The notes: generated from the sequence alone by a model not told the origin. DNA of 64,000 nt from Wohlfahrtiimonas larvae (GCA_040394195.1 JBEBSR010000001.1:25585-89584); one strand, 5' to 3'; positions 11,350 to 21,298 are shown, counted from the stretch's first letter. A program made the numbers and translations.

Positions 11350-13203
11350 ATGTCACTCTTAACCCAAATTCAAACCCCACAAGATTTAAAACGTCTCTCA
11401 CCGCAAGAGTTGCAACAACTTGTGAATGAATTGCGCCAGTTTTTAATTAACAGCGTATTAGAAAGTGGTGGGCATTTTGCATCTGGTTTAGGTGTGATCG
11501 AATTAACAGTTGCATTGCATTATGTATTTGATGCGCCGAATGATTCCATTGTTTGGGATGTTGGGCACCAAGCTTATCCACATAAAATTTTGACTGAACG
11601 TCGAGATCAACTTAAATCTATTCGTCAGAAAGATGGCTTAAAGCCATTTCCTTGCCCGAAAGAGAGCAAATACGATGCATTTACAGTTGGCCATTCTTCA
11701 ACATCAGTCAGCGCTGCTTTAGGTATGAGCATTGCTAATGAATTATTGCATGCACATCATCATGCTGTTGCTGTGATTGGCGACGGTGCTTTGACTGCTG
11801 GCATGGCTTTTGAAGCATTGAATCATGCAGGCGCAATCAAAGCAGATATGTTGGTTATCCTAAATGATAACAACATGTCTATCTCACCGAATGTTGGCGC
11901 ACTCAGCAACATGGTGACAAAAACATTATCCAACCCAATCATGCAATCACTCCGCTCTGAAGGTAAACGCTTCATCCAAAGTTTACCATTGCCACATGCT
12001 GTAGAGTTGGCAAAACGCACAGAAGAGCAAATCAAAAACATGGTTGCAGGTGATGGCGGATTATTTGAATCGTTAGATTTCCAATATTTTGGCCCTGTGG
12101 ATGGTCATGATTTACCATCATTGATCAAGATATTACAGAATTTGAAACAAAAACGTGGCCCAAAACTTTTACACTTGATCACGCAAAAAGGTAAAGGCTA
12201 CTCACAAGCAGAATCTGCACCTGTAAAATTCCATGCGGTTTCAGCACCCAAACCTGTTGATAAAGTTGAAACGAAACCTGCCGCAAAAACTTATACACAG
12301 ATTTTTTCACAGTGGATTTGTGATGTCGCAGAAAAAGATCACAAAATCGTTGCAGTGACGCCTGCAATGCGTGAAGGATCTGGCTTAGTCGAATTCGATA
12401 AACGTTTTCCTAAGCGTTTCTTTGACGTTGCGATCGCTGAACAGCATGCAGTAACAATCGCCGCTGGTATGGCAATGAATGGATTAAAACCTGTGGTTGC
12501 GATCTATTCAACATTCTTACAGCGCGCTTATGATCAATTGATTCATGATGTTGCTCTACAAGATTTACCAATTGTATTTGCCATTGATCGTGCTGGCGTT
12601 GTAGGCCCTGATGGCCCAACGCACATTGGTGCATTTGATTTAGCATATTTGCGCATTGTGCCAAACATGGTAATCATGGCGCCATCCGATGAAAATGAAC
12701 AATATCACATGCTAAATTTGGCATTAACTGTGCCGCATCCAACTGCTGTGCGCTATCCTCGCGGTTCAGGTGAAGGCATGGAAGTGACAGAAACATTGGA
12801 CATTCAATTTGGTAAAGCAAACATCATCCGTAAAGGCGTGGATACTGTAATCTTAGCAGTAGGCACAATGCTCCATGTTGCAGAAAAGACAGCAAATGCA
12901 CTCAATGCAACATTAGTAGATTTGCGTTTCGTAAAACCATTGGATGCAGAATTAATTATTGCTGAAGCTAAAAAGCATAGCATTATCATTACGATTGAAG
13001 ATGGCGTTGTGACTGGCGGCGTTGGTACTGCAATCCAAGAATTGTTGGCACAGAATTATATCTTCAAACCAATCAAAACATTTGGTTTACCTGATACATT
13101 CTTAGAGCATGGCGAGCGCCATGAAGTTCTAGAAATGGCAGGCTTAGAAGAAAATCAATTCTTGAAAGATGTAACAGAGTTTAGAGCAAAAATTTTAGAT
13201 TAA
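11350..13203 (+). CDS. dxs: 1-deoxy-D-xylulose-5-phosphate synthase
   Basis: WDVGHQAYPHKILT, GDGALTAGMAFEALNHAG, IAEQHAVT, DRAGVVGPDGPTH. Confidence 0.98.
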   Translation: MSLLTQIQTPQDLKRLSPQELQQLVNELRQFLINSVLESGGHFASGLGVIELTVALHYVFDAPNDSIVWDVGHQAYPHKILTERRDQLKSIRQKDGLKPFPCPKESKYDAFTVGHSSTSVSAALGMSIANELLHAHHHAVAVIGDGALTAGMAFEALNHAGAIKADMLVILNDNNMSISPNVGALSNMVTKTLSNPIMQSLRSEGKRFIQSLPLPHAVELAKRTEEQIKNMVAGDGGLFESLDFQYFGPVDGHDLPSLIKILQNLKQKRGPKLLHLITQKGKGYSQAESAPVKFHAVSAPKPVDKVETKPAAKTYTQIFSQWICDVAEKDHKIVAVTPAMREGSGLVEFDKRFPKRFFDVAIAEQHAVTIAAGMAMNGLKPVVAIYSTFLQRAYDQLIHDVALQDLPIVFAIDRAGVVGPDGPTHIGAFDLAYLRIVPNMVIMAPSDENEQYHMLNLALTVPHPTAVRYPRGSGEGMEVTETLDIQFGKANIIRKGVDTVILAVGTMLHVAEKTANALNATLVDLRFVKPLDAELIIAEAKKHSIIITIEDGVVTGGVGTAIQELLAQNYIFKPIKTFGLPDTFLEHGERHEVLEMAGLEENQFLKDVTEFRAKILD

Positions 13204-13208
13204 ATTCA

Positions 13209-14408
13209 TTATACATATTCAGATGCGGCATGTGCTGAAGCCCATGCCCATTGGAAGTTAAAGCCGCCCAATTGACCTGAAACATCCAAAACTTCACCCA
13301 CAAAAAACAATCCCTTTTGCTTTTGGCTTTCCATTGTTTTGGATGATATCTCTGTCGTATCTACGCCGCCTAAAGTAACTTCTGCAGTACGATAACCTTC
13401 GGTTCCTGCTGGTTTCACTTCAAATTGATGCAATGATGATGCAACTTGCAAAAGCTTTTCATCGCTCCATTGCCCTATCATAATTTCAGCAGTATCTTTC
13501 CATAGTAATTCTTGCAGCTCTATCACTAAACTTTTAGGTAAATATTCTGAGAGCAAAGTACGTAATAAGATCTTTGGCTGACTATTTTTCTTAGCTTTAA
13601 ATAGCTGTGCTAAATCTTCTCGCGGTAAAAAATCAATATTGAAACTCTGCCCTGCTTCCCAATAATTTGATAATTGTAATGAACTTGGACCACTTAAGCC
13701 TCGATGTGTAAACAATAATGCTTCTGTAAAGCTCTGCTGATCATTCGATAAAGTTGCATCAATCGCATTACCACTTAAGCGCCCAGCAATATCTTTCATA
13801 GCATCTGAAAATGTGAATGGCACTAATCCTGCACGCGTTGGAAATACTTTATGACCGAACTGTTTAGCGATTTCATAGCCAATACCAGATCCACCCAATG
13901 TTGGTATCGATAATCCACCTGTTGCCACAACCACAGATTCAGCTTCAAAATTTCCTGCAACTGCTTGAACTTTGAATCGCCCATTTTGTAAGGCATTCAC
14001 AGATTGCACTTCACTATGTGTGCGAATCTCTACATTTTTCGTATGCTCACACTCTTCAACCAACATCGCTAGAATTTGCTTTGCACCATTCAATGTGAAT
14101 AATCGCCCATGCGCACGTTCTTCATACTCAATGCCATGCTCACACACTAAACTAATGAAATCCCAGTTGGTATAACGCTTCAAAGCTGAAATCGTAAAAG
14201 GATGATTATGTGTGATGTAATTATTGGGTTCCACATCTAGATTGGTAAAATTGCATTTGCCACCACCAGACATTAAGATTTTTTTGCCAATCTTATTCGC
14301 TTTTTCTAATACGAGAACTTTGCGACCACGCTGCCCTGCCATAAATGCCAGCATTAAACCTGATGCGCCTGCACCAATAATAATCACATCATATTGTTTA
14401 TTCGACAT
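13209..14408 (-). CDS. NAD(P)/FAD-dependent oxidoreductase, HI0933/YhiN family
   Basis: GAGASG, KILMSGGGKCNFTN, AEVTLGGVD, GGFNFQWAWAS. Confidence 0.92.
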   Translation of the reverse strand: MSNKQYDVIIIGAGASGLMLAFMAGQRGRKVLVLEKANKIGKKILMSGGGKCNFTNLDVEPNNYITHNHPFTISALKRYTNWDFISLVCEHGIEYEERAHGRLFTLNGAKQILAMLVEECEHTKNVEIRTHSEVQSVNALQNGRFKVQAVAGNFEAESVVVATGGLSIPTLGGSGIGYEIAKQFGHKVFPTRAGLVPFTFSDAMKDIAGRLSGNAIDATLSNDQQSFTEALLFTHRGLSGPSSLQLSNYWEAGQSFNIDFLPREDLAQLFKAKKNSQPKILLRTLLSEYLPKSLVIELQELLWKDTAEIMIGQWSDEKLLQVASSLHQFEVKPAGTEGYRTAEVTLGGVDTTEISSKTMESQKQKGLFFVGEVLDVSGQLGGFNFQWAWASAHAASEYV

Positions 14409-14510
14409 AGTTCCACAGCTGATTGGCTAAAACGCGCCATTATATGTGATTTTATCAGCTTGTGCGACTTAACAAAAAAAGAGCCTTAAACAGGCTCGGT
14501 TCTTCTATAA

Positions 14511-14957
14511 CTATTCTGCTGACTTTGCTAGTTTCGTTCCTAACACATGTTTTTTTCCTGTCACTTCATCTACTAATTCTAAGCCAGCACCACCAACAAA
14601 TGCACCCATCTTAATATACTGACGAACAAAATAATTCATACCTTCAACTGCATTAAACTCTAATGTATTATCGCTAAATTCTGATTCAGTTTGCACTAAA
14701 GTCGGACCAGGCATAATTGGCTCATAGAAAAATACTTTATTTGCTGTTGCGCCTAGCTTTTTACCATTAACAGTAACATCTTTCTTAAGTGCCTTACCCA
14801 TCCAAGAATCACGATAAATATATACTGCAGCTTGTCCTTTTGGCGGCTCTGGAAATGCTTTCAACTGTTGATCTTTTTCTACAGATTCCATTGGAACACT
14901 TGCGCATCCTACTAAAAACAAACCTAATAATCCTACTGATAATAATTTCATTCGCAT
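14511..14957 (-). CDS. DUF2846-like lipoprotein
   Basis: Lipobox LVGC-ASVPM, AVYIYRDSWMGKALKKDV. Start placed at MRMKLL. Confidence 0.75.
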   Translation of the reverse strand: MRMKLLSVGLLGLFLVGCASVPMESVEKDQQLKAFPEPPKGQAAVYIYRDSWMGKALKKDVTVNGKKLGATANKVFFYEPIMPGPTLVQTESEFSDNTLEFNAVEGMNYFVRQYIKMGAFVGGAGLELVDEVTGKKHVLGTKLAKSAE

Positions 14958-15110
14958 TATAAGCACTTCCTGATTTATATTGAGGGCATGATGATACATA
15001 AAGTGATTAATTAATACTACCATTTGATTGGTAAGCCAAAGCTATATCGGTTAGAAGCGGACCTTTTTAGTTTTTTAACTATTAAAAAATACTAGGCAAT
15101 CACCAAAATG

Positions 15111-15392
15111 CTATTTGGGCAATTTTCTAATGCCATATCCATCTTCATTACAGAACAAAATACCATCATCCACTAGCTGATCCAATGCATCTGCAATCAG
15201 TACTGACATAATATAAGTATATTTTAATGGCGATGAAGCTTTAGTAATCATCGAACCTTTATTATCAGGATCATCAAAGTTCAAAGTTGGTGAATATTGC
15301 ATTTCATACATTTCTCCCACCTTCAATTTTTGATTAATAATATCTTTTCGGATTTCCAAGCTTACTGTTGAAAAATGCTTCTTCTTATACAT
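15111..15392 (-). CDS. Hypothetical protein
   Basis: 93-aa ORF with AAGG SD-like sequence upstream; no family recognised. Confidence 0.5.
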   Translation of the reverse strand: MYKKKHFSTVSLEIRKDIINQKLKVGEMYEMQYSPTLNFDDPDNKGSMITKASSPLKYTYIMSVLIADALDQLVDDGILFCNEDGYGIRKLPK

Positions 15393-15512
15393 AAATGTCC
15401 ATGCCTTTAAAAAACACCTAAGATTATACTAACTTCCTCAATATAATCACTAACTACTGTATGTTTTTACTTGCGCGACACCAAGGCGACACTGCCTTGG
15501 TGCTTACCCTTT

Positions 15513-16889
15513 TTAAGCCCCTTTTTTAAGAGGTTCGAAGCTAAGAGATAAGAAATACTCTAAGGTATCATCTTTAATCTCCAACCATGGCTTGGGTAAT
15601 TGTGGTGCCAAGGTATTGGTTTGTGTAGAGCGATAAGATTTTTCACGGAATCCCATAATGTCTTCCTTTTTATCCTCTTGCCACTCTTTTAAAATTTCTG
15701 CTTGTTTTTCAACAGCAAAATCAGGGTAATCAGTTAAATTCACAAGATCACGAACATATGATGCTTGAAAATCTATCGAATCATAACAAGTTTTTGTAGA
15801 TTGTCGTCTTGCTTGCCATTGATCCATATCCGTTTGTCGATCAGTTTCATTCGGTAATTCAAAACGATCAATCATATAATCACGAGCCAACCATGCTTGA
15901 GCATCAAACATATTGAATGTGAAATATTGATCCTGCATACCTAAATAAATTAACTGAGGATGCTCTTGCCAGAAAATACCTTTGTAAAGATTTTCAGGAT
16001 AGAGACAATTGTGCGTTTGTAAACGCAAGCGATCTTCCAAAAATGGAAAGTGGAACTGATAACCAGTACACAAAATAATGGCATCAAATTCTTGGCTAGT
16101 GCCGTCTTTGAAATACGCAACATTACCATCAAAATGCATCAATAATGGCACTTCTTTAATACCTTCAGGCCATTCAAAACCTAGTGGATTCGAGCGATAG
16201 CTAATCGTAATAGAGTTCGCACCATACTTGTAACATTGCGTCGCGATATCTTCTGCGGAATAACTACTGCCCACTAAAAGAATATCTCTCCCTTCAAATT
16301 CCAGAGCATCACGAAAATCATGCGCATGTAGGATTCTTCCAGGGAACTGATCTAAACCTTCAAAATACGGCATATTGGGCGTAGAGAAATGCCCCGTTGC
16401 CACAACAACATAATCGAATACTTCAGTTTCTTGTTGTTCTGTTTTGTGATTCATCACAGTGACTGTGAATTTTTGGGTTTCATCATCGAATGTTACCCAG
16501 CGGACAGGACATTCAAATTTAATATATTTGCAAATGTCTTGTTTATTGATGCGCCCCATAATGTAATCTTTTAAGACTGCACGAGGCGGATAAGATGGTA
16601 TAGGCTGACCAAAATGTTCTTCAAATGAGTAATCTGCAAATTCTAAACACTCTTTTGGACCATTTGACCAAAGATAACGGTACATGCTGCCATGAACAGG
16701 TTCGCCATGTTTATCTAGCCCTGTTCGCCATGTGTAATTCCACATTCCTCCTATATCATTTTGTTTTTCATAACATACGATTTCCGGCAAATTCTCTACA
16801 CCTTGTAATCGTGCTGCTTCAAAAGCACGTAACTGTGCTAACCCGCTTGGACCTGCGCCCAAAATTGCAATACGTTTCTTTTCGATCAA
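15513..16889 (-). CDS. tmm: Bacterial flavin-containing monooxygenase (trimethylamine monooxygenase-like)
   Basis: GAGPSG FAD motif, WNYTWRTGLD..GEPVHGSMYRYLWSNGPKECLEF, FMO motif FPGRILHAHDF, GSSYSAEDIA..CYKYGA. Likely TTG start at 16889, 6 nt after AAGGAG. Confidence 0.85.
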   Translation of the reverse strand: MIEKKRIAILGAGPSGLAQLRAFEAARLQGVENLPEIVCYEKQNDIGGMWNYTWRTGLDKHGEPVHGSMYRYLWSNGPKECLEFADYSFEEHFGQPIPSYPPRAVLKDYIMGRINKQDICKYIKFECPVRWVTFDDETQKFTVTVMNHKTEQQETEVFDYVVVATGHFSTPNMPYFEGLDQFPGRILHAHDFRDALEFEGRDILLVGSSYSAEDIATQCYKYGANSITISYRSNPLGFEWPEGIKEVPLLMHFDGNVAYFKDGTSQEFDAIILCTGYQFHFPFLEDRLRLQTHNCLYPENLYKGIFWQEHPQLIYLGMQDQYFTFNMFDAQAWLARDYMIDRFELPNETDRQTDMDQWQARRQSTKTCYDSIDFQASYVRDLVNLTDYPDFAVEKQAEILKEWQEDKKEDIMGFREKSYRSTQTNTLAPQLPKPWLEIKDDTLEYFLSLSFEPLKKGA

Positions 16890-17091
16890 AACATACTCCT
16901 TTTTTGTTGAGGACCTTTTACCGTATAAAATTATTTGACCTAAGTCAAATGAGTGTGTGGATAATTCAATATCCACATCCATCTGAAAATATTATTTTTC
17001 TTTTATGAAAATAGTTAATCTATTGATTATTTTTATAACAAATCAATACAAATTATTATGAATTTTTACAATAAATTTTCTCAATTGCGAC

Positions 17092-17445
17092 TTATGAACA
17101 CTGCGTTGTATAAGCTTTTTTGATTTTATGTACGCGCCCTCGTTCATCTTTTGTCACCAATTCTACAGGTAATAATTCTGAATCAAACGCGATATCAAAA
17201 ACACTGAATTGGTCATTGGGCCATTCTGCGACGGCATAATTAACATGAGGATTATAATTTTGAGATTTTGTGCCTTCATTAATGTATTCGCCTGAGACAA
17301 CAACATATCTCAAACGATGCGTTGCATTATAGGAACCATCGCTTTTTTGTGGCATCACACAAACTATGCCTTTATCTAAAATTTCCCCAAATGAAAGATT
17401 ACAAAATGATAATGCCATAATAGAAGCCATTAATATTTTTCTCAT
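17092..17445 (-). CDS. Secreted hypothetical protein
   Basis: N-terminal signal peptide MRKILMASIMALSFCNLSFG; no family recognised. Confidence 0.65.
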   Translation of the reverse strand: MRKILMASIMALSFCNLSFGEILDKGIVCVMPQKSDGSYNATHRLRYVVVSGEYINEGTKSQNYNPHVNYAVAEWPNDQFSVFDIAFDSELLPVELVTKDERGRVHKIKKAYTTQCS

Positions 17446-17510
17446 AATGATCTCGTTTTATTATAAAATTACTAACAATACACCATTTTAATATAAATTT
17501 TTTAAATAAT

Positions 17511-17536
17511 AAAAAAGCCCTGATAAATCAGGGCTT
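17511..17536 (-). terminator. Terminator of selC
   Basis: AAGCCCTGAT/ATCAGGGCTT stem followed by a T-tract on the minus strand. Confidence 0.75.
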
Positions 17537-17542
17537 CAAATA

Positions 17543-17632
17543 TGGCGGAAGCAGCAGGAATCGAACCTACCTCAGCCGATAGGCTGACAACGGTGTTGAA
17601 GACCGCGGAGCCCCCAGGACCCATTTACTTCC
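17543..17632 (-). tRNA. selC: tRNA-Sec (anticodon UCA), 12-bp acceptor/T-branch type
   Basis: GGAAGTA...GCGGT-CTTCAAC-ACCGT, long variable arm TCAGCC-TATC-GGCTGA, GTAGG-TTCGATT-CCTGC-TGCTTCC-GCCA; divergent from selAB. Confidence 0.95.
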
Positions 17633-17756
17633 AAGCACACTATACCATTCAGATAAGCAATTCACAAATCTAAGATTGATGATTGTTTCATCCCCTTTTT
17701 CTTTATTTTTCAATTATAATCAAACAATATTGTTATTAGAAAAATAGGCGAAAATC

Positions 17757-19100
17757 GTGCAATTATCCAATATCATCCAAGTGGGCAAACTACTAGATCG
17801 CCCTGAATTTTCATCGTACATCACAACATTAGGTCGACCTATCGTAAGCGAGATCATTCGCACAGCGATTGACCAATACAAAAACCAAATCATGGAAGCG
17901 CAGTTAGCAGTTAATTTGGATGACTTAACATCACAAATCACCCAGCAACTTAAACTCGTGATGCGTGAAAAAACTCAACCTGTGATCAATGGCACAGGAA
18001 TTCTAGTGCATACAAATCTTGGCCGATCACCTATAAATCAAGCTGTTTGGGATCAAGCAGGTGAAACAGTTTGTCGTTATTCTAATCTAGAATTTAGCCT
18101 GATTGATGGCAAACGCGGTAATCGTATGGGCATGCTCAATCGCGTAATTCGTGCTTATTTTGGTGGTGATGATAATGTGATCGTCAACAACAATGCTGCC
18201 GCAGTTCATCTAATATTAAAAGCCTTTGCAATTGATAAAGAAGTGATTGTATCTCGCAGTGAGCAAGTGCAAATTGGTGGAGGTTTTCGCATTCCTGATA
18301 TCTTAGAAGAATCAGGCGCGATCATGAAAGAAATAGGTACAACCAACATTACAACATTGGATGACTATTTAGATGCTGTGACAGAAAATACCTCAATGGT
18401 TTTATTGGTTCATCAATCCAACTATTTCATTGAAGGCTTTACTGAACAAGTTGATCCTAAAGAATTGAGAAAATATTTGCCTGAACATATCATGCTCGTC
18501 GTAGATCAAGGCTCAGGCAATCAATCACCCTTACTGCGTGATGAAACAACTGTGAGCTACTATGAAAAACTAGGCGCTGATATCATTTCATTCTCTGGAG
18601 ATAAAATGGTTGGTGGCCCACAAGCAGGCATTATCATTGGTAAAAAAGAATATATTCAAAAAATCAAAAAACACCCAATGATGCGAGTATTTCGCCCAGG
18701 CAAAGAAACCTATGCGTTATTAGAAGCACTATTGATCAACCAGCTCAATGATAAAAATAGCACTGTAAATCGTACAGAATGGGCTTTAAAACAACCTTTA
18801 AGCTGGCATAAATCATTAGCTGAAGAGCTAGCAAACAAAATTGGCGACTCAGTTAAAATCATTAAGTCTGAGTTTCTTGTGGGCGGTGGCACAACGCCAA
18901 AAGCAAAATACCCAACTTATGCTTTAGAAATCCAATCTAAACTATCCGCAGATGATCTATTAACTTTATTGAGAGAGCAACCAACGGCAATCATCGGTGT
19001 GATTCATCAAGGCAAAGTTTTGATCTACCCAATTTCCCTTCTCCCTTCTGAATATGATTATGTTGCTCGAGTACTAACTGAACTAAAGGATGCACAATGA
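17757..19100 (+). CDS. selA: L-seryl-tRNA(Sec) selenium transferase
   Basis: VINGTGILVHTNLGRSP, VNNNAAAV, EIGTTNIT, PLP-lysine motif FSGDKMVGGPQAG. Confidence 0.96.
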   Translation: MQLSNIIQVGKLLDRPEFSSYITTLGRPIVSEIIRTAIDQYKNQIMEAQLAVNLDDLTSQITQQLKLVMREKTQPVINGTGILVHTNLGRSPINQAVWDQAGETVCRYSNLEFSLIDGKRGNRMGMLNRVIRAYFGGDDNVIVNNNAAAVHLILKAFAIDKEVIVSRSEQVQIGGGFRIPDILEESGAIMKEIGTTNITTLDDYLDAVTENTSMVLLVHQSNYFIEGFTEQVDPKELRKYLPEHIMLVVDQGSGNQSPLLRDETTVSYYEKLGADIISFSGDKMVGGPQAGIIIGKKEYIQKIKKHPMMRVFRPGKETYALLEALLINQLNDKNSTVNRTEWALKQPLSWHKSLAEELANKIGDSVKIIKSEFLVGGGTTPKAKYPTYALEIQSKLSADDLLTLLREQPTAIIGVIHQGKVLIYPISLLPSEYDYVARVLTELKDAQ

Positions 19101-20884
19101 ATGCTGTTATTGGAACTGCTGGCCACGTTGATCACGGTAAATCATCTCTCATTCATGCATTAACTGGCATCAATCCTTCTCGATTACCACAAGAATTGGA
19201 ACGTGCAATGACCATCGACTTGGGCTTTGCACACTTTACATCACCCCGTGGCGATAAAATTGGCATCATCGATGTTCCTGGGCATGAGCGTTTTATTCGT
19301 AATATGGTGAGCGCTGTTTGGGGTTTAGATTTAGTTCTCTTTGTAGTTGCCGCAGATGAAGGCTGGGCCCCATTATCCATGGAACATTTACGTATTATCA
19401 CAGCAATGGGCAAACGTGAATGTATTCTTGTATTAACAAAATGTGATTTGGTGGATAAAGCGCAAATTCAATTGGTCGAAGATGAAGCTTTAGAACATTT
19501 CTTGGATACAATGGGAACATTGCCTGATGTTGTACATGTAAGTGCCCACACTGGCCAAAATATGGAACAACTTAAGCAAATCATTGTGGAAAAAACACAA
19601 AATTTACCTGAACGAGATGAGTTGGATCATGGTGCTCATTTATATGTAGATCGTGTGTTTTCCGTCAATGGGATTGGCACCACAATTACTGGTACATTAC
19701 GCGGCGCTGAAATTAAAGAGAACGATACATTAGCTTTATTCCCTGGCAATCAGTCTGTAAAAGTACGATCGCTACAACGATACCACAGCCAAGTGGAAAT
19801 CGCGGAACCTTACTCTAGAACCGCTGTTGGCTTAAAACAAGTGAATAAAAAATCAGTGAGCCGTGGCAGTTGCTTAGTTGCCAATCCTGATGCAATTACC
19901 ATGAGTACAGATTGGGTTGTTCAACTTGATCCTCAATTCAGTAGTTCATTGAAAAAACAAGGTGTTGTAGAAATTGCATTAGGCACATCTCATACACAAG
20001 CTAAATGCTTTGTCTATGCAGATGGGCAGTTAGCTAGATTGCAATTAGAAGAAGCAATTCCTGCATTTTGGGGGCAACCTATGTTGATCATTCAGCATGG
20101 TGGCAGCCAAATCATTGGCTCTGGCAAAGTTGCGTGGTTACATCCATTGAACCCTAAATTACGTAATTTATTACAAGAAGCTTTAACAACTATTAATATC
20201 AAAAGCGCTGATTTAGAATCTAAAATTGCCTTAGAAATTCAACTCAATGGTTATACTTTACGCCATGCTAATATTAAACAACCTGATAATTCTGAAGTTT
20301 TGGGTAGCTGGTGGATCTTGCCAAAAGCCAAGAAAAAATTACATGATGCTTGTGCTAATGTTTTAAATAATGCCATCAGTGCCATGCCAATCGAAGATAT
20401 TGCAAAAAATACATTCCATCCGCTCACACTAACAGAAGCAATGGTCGATCAAGGCTGTGTGAGCAATGAGTGGCAGAAGATCAAAGGTGGCATTGTTAAC
20501 TCATTCAATCTTGCCAGTGATGCATTGCCTGATAACCTCCAAAATTTATATGATGATATTAAAGCTTGTGGCATTTTAGGTTTTGAAGCAGGAAAATCAC
20601 GTATTGTCGGTATCAAACGATTACTTCGTGCTTTAACAGAGAAAGATCTGATTGTCCCAACAGAAGATGATATTTTCTTTGCTCTAGAAGTTTATAACGA
20701 CATTGTGAAACAAATCATGATCAATCGCAAAATTGGCGAGCGTTTTGCCATTGCAGATGCAAGAGAACGCATCGAGCTTTCTCGCAAGCAATTCATTCCA
20801 TTATTAAATCGAATGGAAAAAGATGGTTGGGTGAAACGTATCGAAAATGATCGTGAAGTTTGCAAAGAATATGTAGAAAATTAA
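19097..20884 (+). CDS. selB: Selenocysteine-specific elongation factor
   Basis: GTAGHVDHGKS, TIDLGF, DVPGHERFIRNM, C-terminal LSRKQFIPLL winged helix; overlaps the selA stop. Confidence 0.96.
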   Translation: MNAVIGTAGHVDHGKSSLIHALTGINPSRLPQELERAMTIDLGFAHFTSPRGDKIGIIDVPGHERFIRNMVSAVWGLDLVLFVVAADEGWAPLSMEHLRIITAMGKRECILVLTKCDLVDKAQIQLVEDEALEHFLDTMGTLPDVVHVSAHTGQNMEQLKQIIVEKTQNLPERDELDHGAHLYVDRVFSVNGIGTTITGTLRGAEIKENDTLALFPGNQSVKVRSLQRYHSQVEIAEPYSRTAVGLKQVNKKSVSRGSCLVANPDAITMSTDWVVQLDPQFSSSLKKQGVVEIALGTSHTQAKCFVYADGQLARLQLEEAIPAFWGQPMLIIQHGGSQIIGSGKVAWLHPLNPKLRNLLQEALTTINIKSADLESKIALEIQLNGYTLRHANIKQPDNSEVLGSWWILPKAKKKLHDACANVLNNAISAMPIEDIAKNTFHPLTLTEAMVDQGCVSNEWQKIKGGIVNSFNLASDALPDNLQNLYDDIKACGILGFEAGKSRIVGIKRLLRALTEKDLIVPTEDDIFFALEVYNDIVKQIMINRKIGERFAIADARERIELSRKQFIPLLNRMEKDGWVKRIENDREVCKEYVEN

Positions 20885-20894
20885 AGGAGTTAAA

Positions 20895-21245
20895 ATGATT
20901 GAAGTTTATGGCATTCCGAATTGTGATACAGTGAAAAAATCCCGCGTTTGGCTCACTGATAACAATATCGAATACACATTTCAAGATTTCAAAAAGATCA
21001 CTATAGAAACAGCAATGATTCAAAATTGGATCGATGCTTTTGGCTTAGATGTTGTGATCAATAAGCGAGGCACAACATGGCGCAAATTATCAGATGATGA
21101 AAAAGCACTATGTGAATCAGCAGATACTGCTATTCCACTAATTTTAAGTAATCTCAGTATGGTTAAACGCCCTATCTTAGTCCAAGATGGCAAAGCAACC
21201 TTAATTGGTTTTAAAGCAGAAGATTGGGCTAAGCATTTTCAGTAA
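20895..21245 (+). CDS. ArsC/Spx (YffB-like) family protein
   Basis: YGIPNCDTVKK...INKRGTTWRKL...KRPIL. Confidence 0.88.
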   Translation: MIEVYGIPNCDTVKKSRVWLTDNNIEYTFQDFKKITIETAMIQNWIDAFGLDVVINKRGTTWRKLSDDEKALCESADTAIPLILSNLSMVKRPILVQDGKATLIGFKAEDWAKHFQ

Positions 21246-21250
21246 CCCAT

Positions 21251-21279
21251 AAAAAATCCCCGAGCTATCGGGGATTTTT
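21251..21279. terminator. Bidirectional intrinsic terminator
   Basis: AAAAAATCCCCGA-GCTA-TCGGGGATTTTT. Confidence 0.85.
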
Positions 21280-21298
21280 ATTTTAGATCTTAAATTTA

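Noticed and set aside
14400-17545. Prophage or island integrated at selC
   Set aside because: No integrase and no direct repeat of the tRNA 3' end seen downstream.
20895-21245. Arsenic resistance (arsC)
   Set aside because: The CDTVKK motif is YffB/Spx-type and no ars operon genes are adjacent.
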